Assembly: GCA_903900265.1 (NCBI GenBank) | Contig: CAIUMM010000226.1 | Coordinates: forward strand, 6,893-70,892 | DNA from: an uncultured Pseudomonadota bacterium | GTDB lineage: Bacteria; Myxococcota_A; UBA796; SXON01 | Direction: 5' to 3' | Length of the DNA stretch: 64,000 nucleotides | Shown: in pieces, positions 8,817 to 18,511 of the stretch | Numbering within the stretch: the stretch's first letter is position 1 | Layout of the letters: each line of letters opens with the position of its first letter | Notes under the pieces: generated by a model | What the model saw: the letters and a program-made list of their open reading frames with translations, nothing else | The model's database searches: none | What the model was told of the DNA's origin: nothing | Made by a program: the position numbers and the translations under genes

Positions 8817-9584
8817 TCAGATGGTCAGGCCGCCGTCGATGTCGATGCACCGGCCGGTGAAGTAGTCACACTCGAGGATGAACCGCACGCCGGCGTAGAT
8901 CTCGCCGGTGGTGCCGACGCGACGCAGCGGGACCGGCTTGACCATGGCCTCGAAGGCCTCGGGCTTCATCCCGGCGAGGATCGGCGTATCGACAAAGCCG
9001 GGCGCGATGGCGCCGGTGCGGATGCCGTAGGGAGCGAGCTCCATGGCCCACAGCTTGGTGTCGGCGACCAACCCGGCCTTGGCCGCGGAGTAGTTGCCTT
9101 GACCGCGGTTGCCGTGGCGCGCGACCGAAGAGATGTTGACGACCACCGAGGGGCCGACCTTGCGCTCGATCGCCTGAGCGGCGAACTCGCGGGTGAGCAG
9201 GAAGGGGCCGGTGAGGTCGATGTTGAGGACCTCGTTCCACTTCGAGAGGGGGAACTTGACGACCGCGCCGGTCTCTTTGTCCAGCTTGACCAGCAGGCCG
9301 TCGCGGAAGATGCCGGCGTTGTTGATCAGGCCGTTGAGCCCGCCCAGTGCCTCTGCGGCGTTCTTGACGAGGGCGACCACGTCTTCTTCGCTGCCTACGT
9401 TGGCCTTGAAGCCGACGACCTTGGTGCCGTGCTCGGCGGCGAGCGCGATGGTCTCGGCGATGCCCGCCTCGTTGACGTCACAGAACGCGACGTTCGCGCC
9501 GTCTTTGGCGAGGTTGAGGACAAACGCCCGGCCCATGCCAGAAGCGCCGCCGGTAACGAGGATGTTCATGCCCTTGACGTTCAT
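8817..9584 (-). CDS. short-chain dehydrogenase/reductase (SDR), FabG/3-hydroxyacyl-CoA dehydrogenase-like
   Basis: TGGASGMG cofactor motif, NNAG, catalytic S...YSAAK. ATG 9584 is preceded by GGAG at 5 nt. Confidence 0.85.
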   Translation of the reverse strand: MNVKGMNILVTGGASGMGRAFVLNLAKDGANVAFCDVNEAGIAETIALAAEHGTKVVGFKANVGSEEDVVALVKNAAEALGGLNGLINNAGIFRDGLLVKLDKETGAVVKFPLSKWNEVLNIDLTGPFLLTREFAAQAIERKVGPSVVVNISSVARHGNRGQGNYSAAKAGLVADTKLWAMELAPYGIRTGAIAPGFVDTPILAGMKPEAFEAMVKPVPLRRVGTTGEIYAGVRFILECDYFTGRCIDIDGGLTI

Positions 9585-9674
9585 AGAGACTCCGAAGGTG
9601 GGTAGCTGTAGAAAGCGCCCGCCATCTAGCCCGTCTGAGAGCGCCGGGCGACCCGGGGCGCCGCGCGAGACCGG

Positions 9675-10133
9675 CTACTTTCCGGGTACGTAGTCGAAGC
9701 CGCCTGCAGGGAACGTGAGCAGCAGCACGCACTCGCTGGGCCCAAGGCAACGATCGTAGTGAAACTGCGATCCCGGTTGGTACCACCAGGACCCCGCCGA
9801 CAGCGGCGCCGCCGCGGCGTCGGCCGTCGCGCCGTGTCCGGGGGTGCCGCTGACGACAACCCCGTAGTAGTCGTTGGTGTGCGCGTGCTGGGGAGACGCG
9901 GAGCCGGGGGGAAACTTCATGAAGAAGCTCACCGGGCCGTTGCGCACGTCACCGTGTACGACCGCCATCTGAACGCCTGCGGGGTTCTTCGGGTCCAAAG
10001 GCTTCCAGGCAACCGCTGCTACCGCGGTGACCGAGGCCAAAGCGGCGACAGGTGCCGCCGGGGCTACCGGAGCGGGGGCCGGAGCATCGGCTGCGAGCGC
10101 CGCGCCGACGGAGAACAACAGCGCGACCATCAC
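9675..10133 (-). CDS. secreted cupin-like hypothetical protein
   Basis: Signal peptide MMVALLFSVGAALAADA; His-containing beta-rich core (FPPGSASPQHAHTNDYYGVVVSG). The start overlaps the alaS stop (GTGA/TGATG). Confidence 0.55.
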   Translation of the reverse strand: MMVALLFSVGAALAADAPAPAPVAPAAPVAALASVTAVAAVAWKPLDPKNPAGVQMAVVHGDVRNGPVSFFMKFPPGSASPQHAHTNDYYGVVVSGTPGHGATADAAAAPLSAGSWWYQPGSQFHYDRCLGPSECVLLLTFPAGGFDYVPGK

Positions 10134-12766
10134 GCCCCCACCAACCCCGGCACCGCCGCCAACATGGCTGCAATGCCCGACACATCGGTGCCGCCGGCCT
10201 GCGCGACATCCGGACGACCGCCACCCTTGCCGCCGACCAGCGCCGCGAGGGCACCCGCCAGCTTGCCGGCGTTGTACTTCGACCCGGCCAGATCCTTGGA
10301 CACCGCGACCACCAACTTCACGCCGGTCTCATCCGAGGTCGCGAGCACGACGACGCTGCTCCCGAGCGTGTCGCGGAGGCGTTCGGCCTCGTCGCGCAGG
10401 GTCTTGACGTCGACCTCGAGCGCGGCGGCGAGCACCTTGACGTCGCCGACCATCACCACCTTTTGGGTGAGATCACCCGCTTGCAGGCGCGCGAGCTCGC
10501 GCTTGGCAGCGTCCAGCTCCTTCTGGATACGAGCGCGGCTCTCGAGCAGCTGCTCGACGCTGTCCTGAAGGCGGTCGGGGTTCGCTTTGAGCGTGGTCGC
10601 CAGCGCACGAACGCCGTCTTCCTGCCCGTGCAGCCAGCCGAGCGCGCCCAGCCCGGTCTGGGCTTCGACGCGGCGAATGCCCGCGGCGATGCCAGCTTCG
10701 GAGAGGATCTTGAACAAGCCGATGTCGCCGGTGCGGCGAGCGTGGGTTCCGCCGCAGAGCTCTTTCGAGAACGCGCCCATCGTCAAAACCCGCACGCGGT
10801 CGCCGTACTTCTCGCCGAACAAGCCCATCGCGCCAGCCTTGCGGGCGTCGTCGATCGCGAGCACGTCGGTCTCGACGGCGTCGTTTGCGCGGACCTGCTC
10901 GTTCACGCGGTCTTCGACCTGACGGAGCTCTTCCGCGGTCATGCCCTTGTGGTGCGAGAAGTCGAACCGCAGGCGATCAGGGCCGACCAACGAGCCCTTT
11001 TGGGTGACGTGGGTGCCGAGCACCTCGCGCAGCGCGGCGTGGAGCAAATGCGTAGCCGAGTGGTTGGCGCGCGTGGCGGTGCGCGCGGCGTGATCGACCT
11101 CGGCGGTGACCGTGTCTCCCACGCGTACGATGCCGGTCGCGACGGTCACGTGATGCACGTGAAGGTCGCCCACCGGCTTGGAGGTCTCGGTGACCTGAGC
11201 AAGGAAACCGCCATGGCTCAGGCGCCCGACATCTCCTGCTTGTCCGCCGGATTCCCCGTAGAACGGCGTGCAGTCAAGCACGATCTCGACGTCCTCGCCG
11301 GCGACCGCGGTCGAGACCAGCGCGCCTTCGCTGACGATCGCGACCACCTTGCCGTCGCTGCGCTCGGCGTCGTAGCCGGTGAATTGCGTGGGGCTCTGCT
11401 GCGCGAGCGGCAGCCACACGCCTTCGATGAACGCGCCGCCAGCGCCCTTCCATGCCGCTTTGCCCTTGGCTTTCTGCTCAGCGAGCAGCGCCTTGAAGCC
11501 CTCTTCGTCTACCGCTGCGCCCTTCTCCGACGCGATCATCTGCGTGAGATCGATGGGGAAGCCGTAGGTGTCAGCGAGCTGGAACGCGGCGGCGCCGCGC
11601 ACGAGCGTCGGGCTCGCTTCAAGCTCACGCTCGAGGAGCTGCATTCCGCGCCCAAGCGTAGACGCAAAGCGCTCTTCTTCGCTGTGGGTGACGTCGCGCA
11701 CAAAGCCGGAACGCTCGACGAGCTCGGGGTAAGCGGCGCCGAAGTGATCGATCACGGTGCCGACGGTCTCGGTCAGAAACCCAGGCTTGAGGCCAATCTT
11801 GACGCCGTAGCGGATCGCGCGGCGCATGATGCGGCGCAGCACGTAGCCAATGCCGATGTTCGAGGGCATCACCCCCTCGGCGATCAGGAAGGCCGCCGCC
11901 CGACTGTGGTCGGCGATGACCTTCAGCGCGGTGTCGATGGTGGCGTCGGTGCCGTAGGTGTGGCCGGCCAGCGCAGCACCGCGGTGCAGGATCGGCAAGA
12001 ACACGTCGGTGTCGTAGTTGGAGTACACGCCCTGCACCACCGCGCAGATGCGCTCGAGGCCAGAGCCGGTGTCGATGCTCGGGCGCGGCAGGGGCGTCAG
12101 CGTGCCGTCCGCCGAGCGGTCGTACTGCATGAACACGAGGTTCCAGATCTCGACGTAGCGCGGATCTTCTCCCGCCGGGCCGCGCAGATCGTCGGAGATG
12201 CTCGGGCCGTGATCGTAGTGGATCTCGGTGCACGGTCCGCAAGGGCCGGTGTCGCCCATCGACCAGAAGTTGTCCTTCTTACCGAGCTTTTGAATGCGCT
12301 CTGCGGGGAAGCCCATGTCGTCGCGCCAGATCGCCAGCGCCTCGTCGTCCTCTTCATAGACGGTGACCCAGAGGCGGTTGGGGTCTATCTGCAGCTCTTT
12401 GGTCAGGAAGTGCCAGGCGAATTGGATCGCCTCGCGCTTGAAGTAGTCGCCAAAGCTGAAGTTTCCGAGCATCTCGAAGAACGTGTGATGGCGAGCGGTG
12501 TGCCCGACGTTCTCGAGGTCGTTGTGCTTGCCAGACACGCGCAGGCACTTCTGCGAGGTGGTCGCGCGGCGGTAAGGCCGGGGATCGCGGCCGAGGAACA
12601 CATCCTTGAACTGCACCATGCCGGCGTTCGCGAAAAAGAGCGTCGGGTCATTCGGGATGACGAGCGGGCCCGAAGGCTGCACCGAGTGGCTCTCGCGCTC
12701 AAAAAAAGCGAGGAAGCGGCTACGAACTTCGGCGGAGGGCAAGAAAGGCGTGACGTGGGCAGGCAT
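10130..12766 (-). CDS. alaS: alanine--tRNA ligase
   Basis: 878 aa. Class II AlaRS N-terminus (FLAFFERESHSVQPSGPLVIPNDPTLFFANAGMVQFKDVFLG), editing domain (HSATHLLHAALREVLG), C-terminal DHHA1-like tail. Confidence 0.97.
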   Translation of the reverse strand: MPAHVTPFLPSAEVRSRFLAFFERESHSVQPSGPLVIPNDPTLFFANAGMVQFKDVFLGRDPRPYRRATTSQKCLRVSGKHNDLENVGHTARHHTFFEMLGNFSFGDYFKREAIQFAWHFLTKELQIDPNRLWVTVYEEDDEALAIWRDDMGFPAERIQKLGKKDNFWSMGDTGPCGPCTEIHYDHGPSISDDLRGPAGEDPRYVEIWNLVFMQYDRSADGTLTPLPRPSIDTGSGLERICAVVQGVYSNYDTDVFLPILHRGAALAGHTYGTDATIDTALKVIADHSRAAAFLIAEGVMPSNIGIGYVLRRIMRRAIRYGVKIGLKPGFLTETVGTVIDHFGAAYPELVERSGFVRDVTHSEEERFASTLGRGMQLLERELEASPTLVRGAAAFQLADTYGFPIDLTQMIASEKGAAVDEEGFKALLAEQKAKGKAAWKGAGGAFIEGVWLPLAQQSPTQFTGYDAERSDGKVVAIVSEGALVSTAVAGEDVEIVLDCTPFYGESGGQAGDVGRLSHGGFLAQVTETSKPVGDLHVHHVTVATGIVRVGDTVTAEVDHAARTATRANHSATHLLHAALREVLGTHVTQKGSLVGPDRLRFDFSHHKGMTAEELRQVEDRVNEQVRANDAVETDVLAIDDARKAGAMGLFGEKYGDRVRVLTMGAFSKELCGGTHARRTGDIGLFKILSEAGIAAGIRRVEAQTGLGALGWLHGQEDGVRALATTLKANPDRLQDSVEQLLESRARIQKELDAAKRELARLQAGDLTQKVVMVGDVKVLAAALEVDVKTLRDEAERLRDTLGSSVVVLATSDETGVKLVVAVSKDLAGSKYNAGKLAGALAALVGGKGGGRPDVAQAGGTDVSGIAAMLAAVPGLVGA

Positions 12767-12875
12767 GGCGATTTCCGGAGGTTGCGCGATCTATGCGCGG
12801 GACGGCTCGGGGACAAGCCGAGCGGCGTCGTCTGGCGCAGATGCCGCTCCTCTCGCCCCGGCTCCCCGCAGCGGT

Positions 12876-14594
12876 TCAACGCTCCGGCTGCGCGTCTCCC
12901 GCGAGCGCGTACAAGCTGTGGATCACGCCTTGAATCTCGGCGACGTCGGCCGCTGGAGCTCGCGCCTCGTGCAACGCGCTCAAGAGACGTTGGAACACCC
13001 CGATCGCGCCGACCAGATCCCCCTTCTGGTTCGCGAGCAGCAGCCCTAAGTGCTTGAGCGCCTCGGGGTGCGCCGGGACCCGCGCGAGCGCGGCGCGCGC
13101 CGCCCGTTCGGCGCCGGCGATGTCGCCGTCGGCCGCGCGCAAGATCGTGAGGTTGACCCACTTCTCTGCCGATAGCACCACCGGCGAGGCCGAAGCCTCC
13201 GCGTTCAGCGGCGCGATCGGCCCTTTGCAGCCGGCGAGGCCTTGTTGAATGTACGCGAGCAGCGCCCGCGGCGCCCAAGGCCGGCAGTACACCAGCGGCT
13301 CGACCATCTCCGGCGTAGAACGACCATAGAGATGCGGCCGTGCAGCCTCCAGGTTCGCGCGCACCCAACGACCGAGCGGCGCGGCTGGATACACGCGCCC
13401 GCCCGCCGCATAAGCGAGGCCGAGGCCGTCGGGCAGCGCGGCGTCGTACATGCGCGCGGCTTCGAGCGCGCGATCGACGCTGTCCACCGTCTCTTTGGGA
13501 TGCGCGCCGAGCAGGATCGAGCCGCCAAGCACCCGATGTCCGCGCCGCAGGTACAGCTCCACCAGCCGGTCGATGCTTGTCCGGTTCGCCGGGCCCGCGC
13601 CGGCGCGCAGCAGCGCATCGTCGAGGTGGCCGAACTCAAAAGCGAGGCTCGACGGATCGACGCCGACGTCGGCAAACGCGTCCAGCAGCGCATCGTCGAC
13701 TGGCGCGGGCTGCAAGAACCCCAGCACATCGACGCCGACCTTGGCGTCCGCGAGCGCACGCAGCACGGCTACGGCATGACCGGCGTGCGGCACGTTGAGC
13801 TCCGACGCGGTCAACCACACCCGCCGCACCCCTTTTTGGGCCAGCTGCACGATCTCCGCGACGATCGCGCTCGCCGGGCGCGGCCGCACACTGCCCCCTA
13901 AAAACGAAGCTTCTACGCAAAAATGACAGCGTCGATCGCATCCTTCTGAGTGCATCACCGGCACCCGACCGCCTCGGGCCACCGCGAGCCGCAGGTAGCT
14001 CGGCATCCGCGGCGTCGGCCCAGAGGGCATACGCTCGGGCAGCCGGTCCGGCAGCCGGTCCGGCAGCCGGCCGGGCTGCGGTACCGAGCCCGCGCGCAAG
14101 ACCTGCGGGTGCTTCGGCAGCGCCTCCGGGAACGGCACGCCCGCCGCCATCGCGCGCCCTAGCGCGAGCACCAGATCCTCGGCAGGCCCGACGATGCCGT
14201 AGTCGACGCCCAGATAGCCAAGGATAGAATCCAACATCGTCGCGACCGCTGCACCGCCGATGAGCACCGGCACCCCGCGCTTTTGCACCACTCGCACCAA
14301 CCGCCGGACCGCCGGCAAGTAGAACGCGGTATCGATGTCGCCGGGGCCGTCTACGGTGCGCACCACGAGCGCATCGTCGACGTTGCGCACCGAAAATCCG
14401 ACCAGATCCGGCTGGAAGGCGTCGAGCGCGCCAGCGAGCGCAGCGCTCGGGCGTGGCTCCAGCCACGGGGCGATCACCCGCGCGTCGCAGCCAGCGAGCC
14501 GGAACGCGTGGGCGACCCGCTCAGCGCCATACGGCGCGACCGGCGTCGCGGTGATCGCAGGGTTGGCGTAGACGAGCAGGATCCGCGGTTTCAC
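12876..14594 (-). CDS. B12-binding-domain radical SAM protein with C-terminal TPR-like tail
   Basis: N-terminal Rossmann-like B12-binding region (ILLVYANP...VGFSV). CX3CX2C cluster CDRRCHFC. C-terminal helical repeats (ALARVPAHPEALKHLGLLLANQKGDLVGAIGVFQ). Confidence 0.8.
   Translation of the reverse strand: MKPRILLVYANPAITATPVAPYGAERVAHAFRLAGCDARVIAPWLEPRPSAALAGALDAFQPDLVGFSVRNVDDALVVRTVDGPGDIDTAFYLPAVRRLVRVVQKRGVPVLIGGAAVATMLDSILGYLGVDYGIVGPAEDLVLALGRAMAAGVPFPEALPKHPQVLRAGSVPQPGRLPDRLPDRLPERMPSGPTPRMPSYLRLAVARGGRVPVMHSEGCDRRCHFCVEASFLGGSVRPRPASAIVAEIVQLAQKGVRRVWLTASELNVPHAGHAVAVLRALADAKVGVDVLGFLQPAPVDDALLDAFADVGVDPSSLAFEFGHLDDALLRAGAGPANRTSIDRLVELYLRRGHRVLGGSILLGAHPKETVDSVDRALEAARMYDAALPDGLGLAYAAGGRVYPAAPLGRWVRANLEAARPHLYGRSTPEMVEPLVYCRPWAPRALLAYIQQGLAGCKGPIAPLNAEASASPVVLSAEKWVNLTILRAADGDIAGAERAARAALARVPAHPEALKHLGLLLANQKGDLVGAIGVFQRLLSALHEARAPAADVAEIQGVIHSLYALAGDAQPER
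14041..14076 (-). repeat. 12-bp tandem repeat x3 inside the radical SAM CDS (encodes PDRL-PDRL-PERM linker)
   Basis: agccggtccggc agccggtccggc agccggccgggc read directly; in frame. Confidence 0.8.
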
Positions 14595-14655
14595 GGCCTA
14601 CCGGTAGCGCGGCGACCGCGAATCGGCCCGGCCCTTCGGTCGGTTAGCAGTCCCG

Positions 14656-14862
14656 ATGCGCTCCAACCGTTGGGCCTACATGCGGGCCCCGAACTACAAC
14701 CCGCCGAATGACGACTGCCCGCAATGCACCAGCCCGTCGAAGACCTACTACATGGGAGGCAAGACCGTGACTACTGAAGGGAACGCTCCCCAAACCGTGC
14801 ACCGGTGGAAGTGCGAGCACGGCCATGTCTGGACGGTCATCGAAGCCCCAACCCCGCGATAG
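14656..14862 (+). CDS. small zinc-ribbon-like protein (68 aa)
   Basis: CPQC ... CEHGH pairing. GC3 is higher in this frame than in the overlapping frame of the track ORF 14805... No convincing RBS; ATG 14680 is an alternative start. Confidence 0.5.
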   Translation: MRSNRWAYMRAPNYNPPNDDCPQCTSPSKTYYMGGKTVTTEGNAPQTVHRWKCEHGHVWTVIEAPTPR

Positions 14863-14870
14863 GTGCCCCC

Positions 14871-17753
14871 GTGCTCATTCTCCTTGCTCTTTTCGGCTGC
14901 GATACGCCCACCTGCCTCGACGGCGACACCACCTGCAGGATGCCCACCCCCTGCCCCGAGGTGTCCTACACCTGCGACGGCGGCACGACTGAGGTGCACG
15001 TGCTCGAACCGGGGGATCGGCATCCGGGCGGCATGGCCGCGCTCGCGTCGGCCGGAGACGTGATCCTCGGCAACGACAAGGTCGTCGCGGTGATCGAAGC
15101 GCTCGATCACCCGCACTACATCGCTCCCGCCGGCGGCGCGCTGCTGGACTTGTCCATCAAGGGCCAGGACAACGACTCCTTGCGCCACATCTTCACCGCT
15201 ACGGGCTTACTCCCTGAAGAAGCGGCGCACTACACCTCGCTCGAGGTGATCGACGACGGGGACATCAAGGCGGTGCAGCTCATCGGCACGCTGGACGGCT
15301 ACCCCGATGTTCCGATCGCCACCCGCTACGAGATCCACCCGTGCGAACCTGGCATACGCGTGCGCACCGAGATCGCCAACGGCACGCCCGATCCCATGTC
15401 GTTGTACCTCACCGACGCGTTCTACTGGGGTGACCGCGGCAGCCTCGCGTTTACGCCCGCGCCCGAAGGCGGGTTCACGCATCCTTCCTTCGGACTCACC
15501 ACGATCGGAGATGCGTTCTTCGACGTCCCCTACATGATCTCCGGCCTGCACAGCGCCCCGGCGACCACCTACGGCGTCGTGTCCTGCGATGAAGAGACCG
15601 TCTCCGGTTTTCAGAGCGTCTACGTCTCGGGGATGGGGCCAGCGCCCCGGGTTTTCCCGTCCCGCGATTGGCAGGTCTACGAGCGCTTCATCCTCGCCGC
15701 CGACGGCCCGTCGATCTCCGGCGGCGCCGACATCGCGCTGGAGCTGCGAAAGCAGCTTTGGGACGAAGACTACGTCACGATCACCGGCACGATCGAGGCT
15801 CCCGGCGGGCACGTCGGCGATACGATGCGCGCGACGGTGGAGCTTGAATCTGGGGAGACGCCATGGACCGACATCCTCCCCAACCCCGACGGCAGCTTCT
15901 CGGCGCGCGTCCCGGCCGGTCAGACCTACACCGCGAACGTCACCGCGTTCGGTCACACGGTGCTCTCGCAGCCGATCAACGACGGCGGAAAGGTCAGCGC
16001 GGACCTCGACATCGGCACGCTGAGCCTGCCGGCGGTCGGGGAGGTCACGCTCTCGGCGACCATCGACGGCGAGCCCGATGAGGCGCTGATCTTCGTCGTT
16101 CCCGCGGACGATGCCACCGAGCTTGCCGTGGGCGCGACCACCTTCGGCGGCGTCTGGGACACCTGCGCGCCGCTGTTGGGCCTGCCGCACGGCGGCTCTC
16201 CGGGCTGCAACCGCGTACTTGTCAACGCCGACACGACGATCGCCCTGCCCGACGGCACCTACGACTTCTACAGCGCCGCCGGCCCGTTCACCACGCTGGG
16301 CGCGGTGCGGGGCGTGCGGGTAGAAGCGGGCACCGCAGCGTCGGTCACCGTCGCGATCCAGACCCTCGATCTACAGCCTCCCGGCACGCTGAGCGCCGAT
16401 TTTCACGTGCACGGCGGGGCCAGCTTCGACTCTGAGATCCCCGACACCGATCGCGTGCGCGCGTTCCTCGCGTCGCGCATCCAGATCCTCGTCACCACCG
16501 AGCACGATGTCGTCAACGACTACGCCGAAGCGATGTCCGACCTCGGCGCATCCGCGCGCTTGCATCTGATCACCGGCACCGAATCGACCGGGCACATCCT
16601 GTTCAAGTTCCGCTCCGACTACGACTTTCCCGAGGTCATCGGCCACTGGATCTTCTGGCCCCTCCGCTACGACGAAGACGCGCCCTACCGCGGCGCCGCA
16701 TGGGACGAAAAAGCAGAGCCCGGCTTGCTGATGACCCACCAAAGGGACGCCGGCTGGGACGACGACGCCGGCGTCAGCCAGCTCAATCACCCCTTCGGAG
16801 GCTCTCAGTTCGGCCGCGACTACAGCTGGGCGTCGGCGGCGGGCTTTGACCTCACCCAGCCGTTGAAGACCGAGTACGACGGCACCGGCCAGAGCTTGTA
16901 CTTCCACACCCCGGACGGCGCCGACTACTCCAACGCGGCCTACGACGTGCAAGAGGTGATGAACGGCTCGAAGAACGAGAACTTCATGCAGTACCGAGCG
17001 CTGTGGTTCTACCTGCTGAATCAGGGCATCGTGCGCGGCGGTACGGCCAACTCCGACAGCCACAGCCTCACCGAAAACGTGCTGGGCACGCCGCGAAACA
17101 TCGTGTATTCCGCATCGACCTTCGATCATTTTGACCTCGCAGAGTTCGACGCCGACGTCCGCGCCGGTCACATCCTCGGCACCAGCGGCCCGGTGGTCGA
17201 GGTCAACATCGGCGCGCATGTGCCCGGTGTTGAGGTGTTCACGCCCACCGCCAGCGACGTGCTCCACGTCCGTGTACGCGCCGCGCCGTGGGTGCCGGTG
17301 GACGAAGTCCGCATCATCGTGAACGGCGAGGTCGCGCGCACGCTCACCGACTTGCCCGAGCCCAGCGATCCTTTCGGCGTCGAAGGGCTGGACCGCGTCG
17401 ACATGGACATCGCGCTAACGGACATCCTGCCCGCGACCGGGGACGCCTGGATCGTCGTAGAAGCCGGCACTCCGCTCGCCGCCAGCGACGATCTGGACTG
17501 CAACGGCGTCCCGGACACCGGCGACAACAACGACGACGGCGTGATCGACTGGCGCGACGTCGCGGATCTCACCGAAGACCCCGAGCAGGACTGCTTCACC
17601 ACCGTCGGGCCGCTCGCTGAGCCTCCCGAGCCGGATCGGGGCACGACCGACTGGTACTACCGAACCGTCACGCCCGGTGGCTATCCGCTGGCGTTCACCA
17701 ACCCCTTGCTGCTCGATCGGGAGAGCGGTGGGATCTTTCAGGCAGGTGAATGA
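14871..17753 (+). CDS. lipoprotein with PHP-type (CehA/McbA-like) metallohydrolase domain
   Basis: Track ORF 14805..17753. GTG 14871 gives VLILLALFGC (lipobox), and frame GC3 supports a start after the small ORF. PHP-like His clusters ADFHVHGGASFDS, TTEHD, NHPFGG, ANSDSHS. Confidence 0.75.
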   Translation: MLILLALFGCDTPTCLDGDTTCRMPTPCPEVSYTCDGGTTEVHVLEPGDRHPGGMAALASAGDVILGNDKVVAVIEALDHPHYIAPAGGALLDLSIKGQDNDSLRHIFTATGLLPEEAAHYTSLEVIDDGDIKAVQLIGTLDGYPDVPIATRYEIHPCEPGIRVRTEIANGTPDPMSLYLTDAFYWGDRGSLAFTPAPEGGFTHPSFGLTTIGDAFFDVPYMISGLHSAPATTYGVVSCDEETVSGFQSVYVSGMGPAPRVFPSRDWQVYERFILAADGPSISGGADIALELRKQLWDEDYVTITGTIEAPGGHVGDTMRATVELESGETPWTDILPNPDGSFSARVPAGQTYTANVTAFGHTVLSQPINDGGKVSADLDIGTLSLPAVGEVTLSATIDGEPDEALIFVVPADDATELAVGATTFGGVWDTCAPLLGLPHGGSPGCNRVLVNADTTIALPDGTYDFYSAAGPFTTLGAVRGVRVEAGTAASVTVAIQTLDLQPPGTLSADFHVHGGASFDSEIPDTDRVRAFLASRIQILVTTEHDVVNDYAEAMSDLGASARLHLITGTESTGHILFKFRSDYDFPEVIGHWIFWPLRYDEDAPYRGAAWDEKAEPGLLMTHQRDAGWDDDAGVSQLNHPFGGSQFGRDYSWASAAGFDLTQPLKTEYDGTGQSLYFHTPDGADYSNAAYDVQEVMNGSKNENFMQYRALWFYLLNQGIVRGGTANSDSHSLTENVLGTPRNIVYSASTFDHFDLAEFDADVRAGHILGTSGPVVEVNIGAHVPGVEVFTPTASDVLHVRVRAAPWVPVDEVRIIVNGEVARTLTDLPEPSDPFGVEGLDRVDMDIALTDILPATGDAWIVVEAGTPLAASDDLDCNGVPDTGDNNDDGVIDWRDVADLTEDPEQDCFTTVGPLAEPPEPDRGTTDWYYRTVTPGGYPLAFTNPLLLDRESGGIFQAGE

Positions 17754-18511
17754 TGTGGTGTGACACGCTGGAAAACGGACTGGCCAACGGGCAAGTTCAG
17801 GTCGGGCTCATAGACGGCGATCTCGGCGTCGCGCAAGCCCTATGCCCGCAAAACCGACTCGGACTCGCGGTAGGCGGCGGAGCGATCGTCGAGACCACGA
17901 ACTTCTACGGCCACATCGCGGGCAGCGGCACCCTGCGCGGTACGCTCGCGGTGTCCAAACGCACCGCGTTGTACGCCGCGATCGAGGGATTTCGCTACGA
18001 CGCGGTGCTCTCGCCGATCGCGTCCAGCGCGATGGGCCTCGGCTACACCGACATCGGCGCAAGCGGCCAGATCGTGCAGACCGACAACCTTGCGCTCGCG
18101 GTGCAAGGCAAGGTCGTGTTGCCGACAGCGTTCACGCTGAACCAGAACGGCTGGCCGCTCGCTGCGGATCTCGGGCTCGCGGCGGGCTGGAGCCCAGCGG
18201 ACAACGTCGTGGTGCACGGATCCGTGCTCGGCCTCGGGGGACTGGCGTTGGGCGGCGGGCCGCAATTCCCGCACGCCGGCGTGCACGTAGACGCAGGCTT
18301 GGAGTGGCGCGCGACCCCTGGTTTTGGCGTAGTCGTCGACGCGCTCGGAGGCTTTGGCTACACCGCGCCCGTCGATGTGTTCGCCGCCGGGGTCGGCTTC
18401 CGTGGCGCGGTCGGGGAGCACGCAGGTTTGGCTTTAGAAGCCACGGTACCCCTTGTCGGTCGGGAGCGCACGCTCGCCGCTTTGGACCTACGCTTCGACT
18501 GGAGGCTCTGA
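17750..18511 (+). CDS. beta-strand-rich hypothetical protein (outer-membrane-barrel-like pattern but no signal peptide)
   Basis: ATGA overlap with the upstream stop. Alternating Gly/aromatic strands; C-terminus ...LDLRFDWRL. N-terminus MMWCDTLENG lacks a signal peptide. Confidence 0.55.
   Translation: MMWCDTLENGLANGQVQVGLIDGDLGVAQALCPQNRLGLAVGGGAIVETTNFYGHIAGSGTLRGTLAVSKRTALYAAIEGFRYDAVLSPIASSAMGLGYTDIGASGQIVQTDNLALAVQGKVVLPTAFTLNQNGWPLAADLGLAAGWSPADNVVVHGSVLGLGGLALGGGPQFPHAGVHVDAGLEWRATPGFGVVVDALGGFGYTAPVDVFAAGVGFRGAVGEHAGLALEATVPLVGRERTLAALDLRFDWRL

Noticed and set aside
12767-12875. Hairpin GCTCGG-N7-CCGAGC in the radical-SAM/alaS intergenic region as a terminator or T-box-like leader
   Set aside because: The stem is short, there is no U-tract, the region is too short for a T-box, and alaS is not known to me to use one here. 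It is left unannotated.
10052-13057. 1001-aa ORF on the + strand
   Set aside because: It is antisense to the unmistakable alaS gene. It is an Arg/Ala/Gly-rich shadow ORF typical of high-GC DNA, with no motifs.
14805-14870. ATG 14805 as the start of the PHP lipoprotein
   Set aside because: It overlaps the 3' end of the zinc-ribbon ORF, whose frame has higher GC3 over this stretch. GTG 14871 starts directly at the lipoprotein signal.
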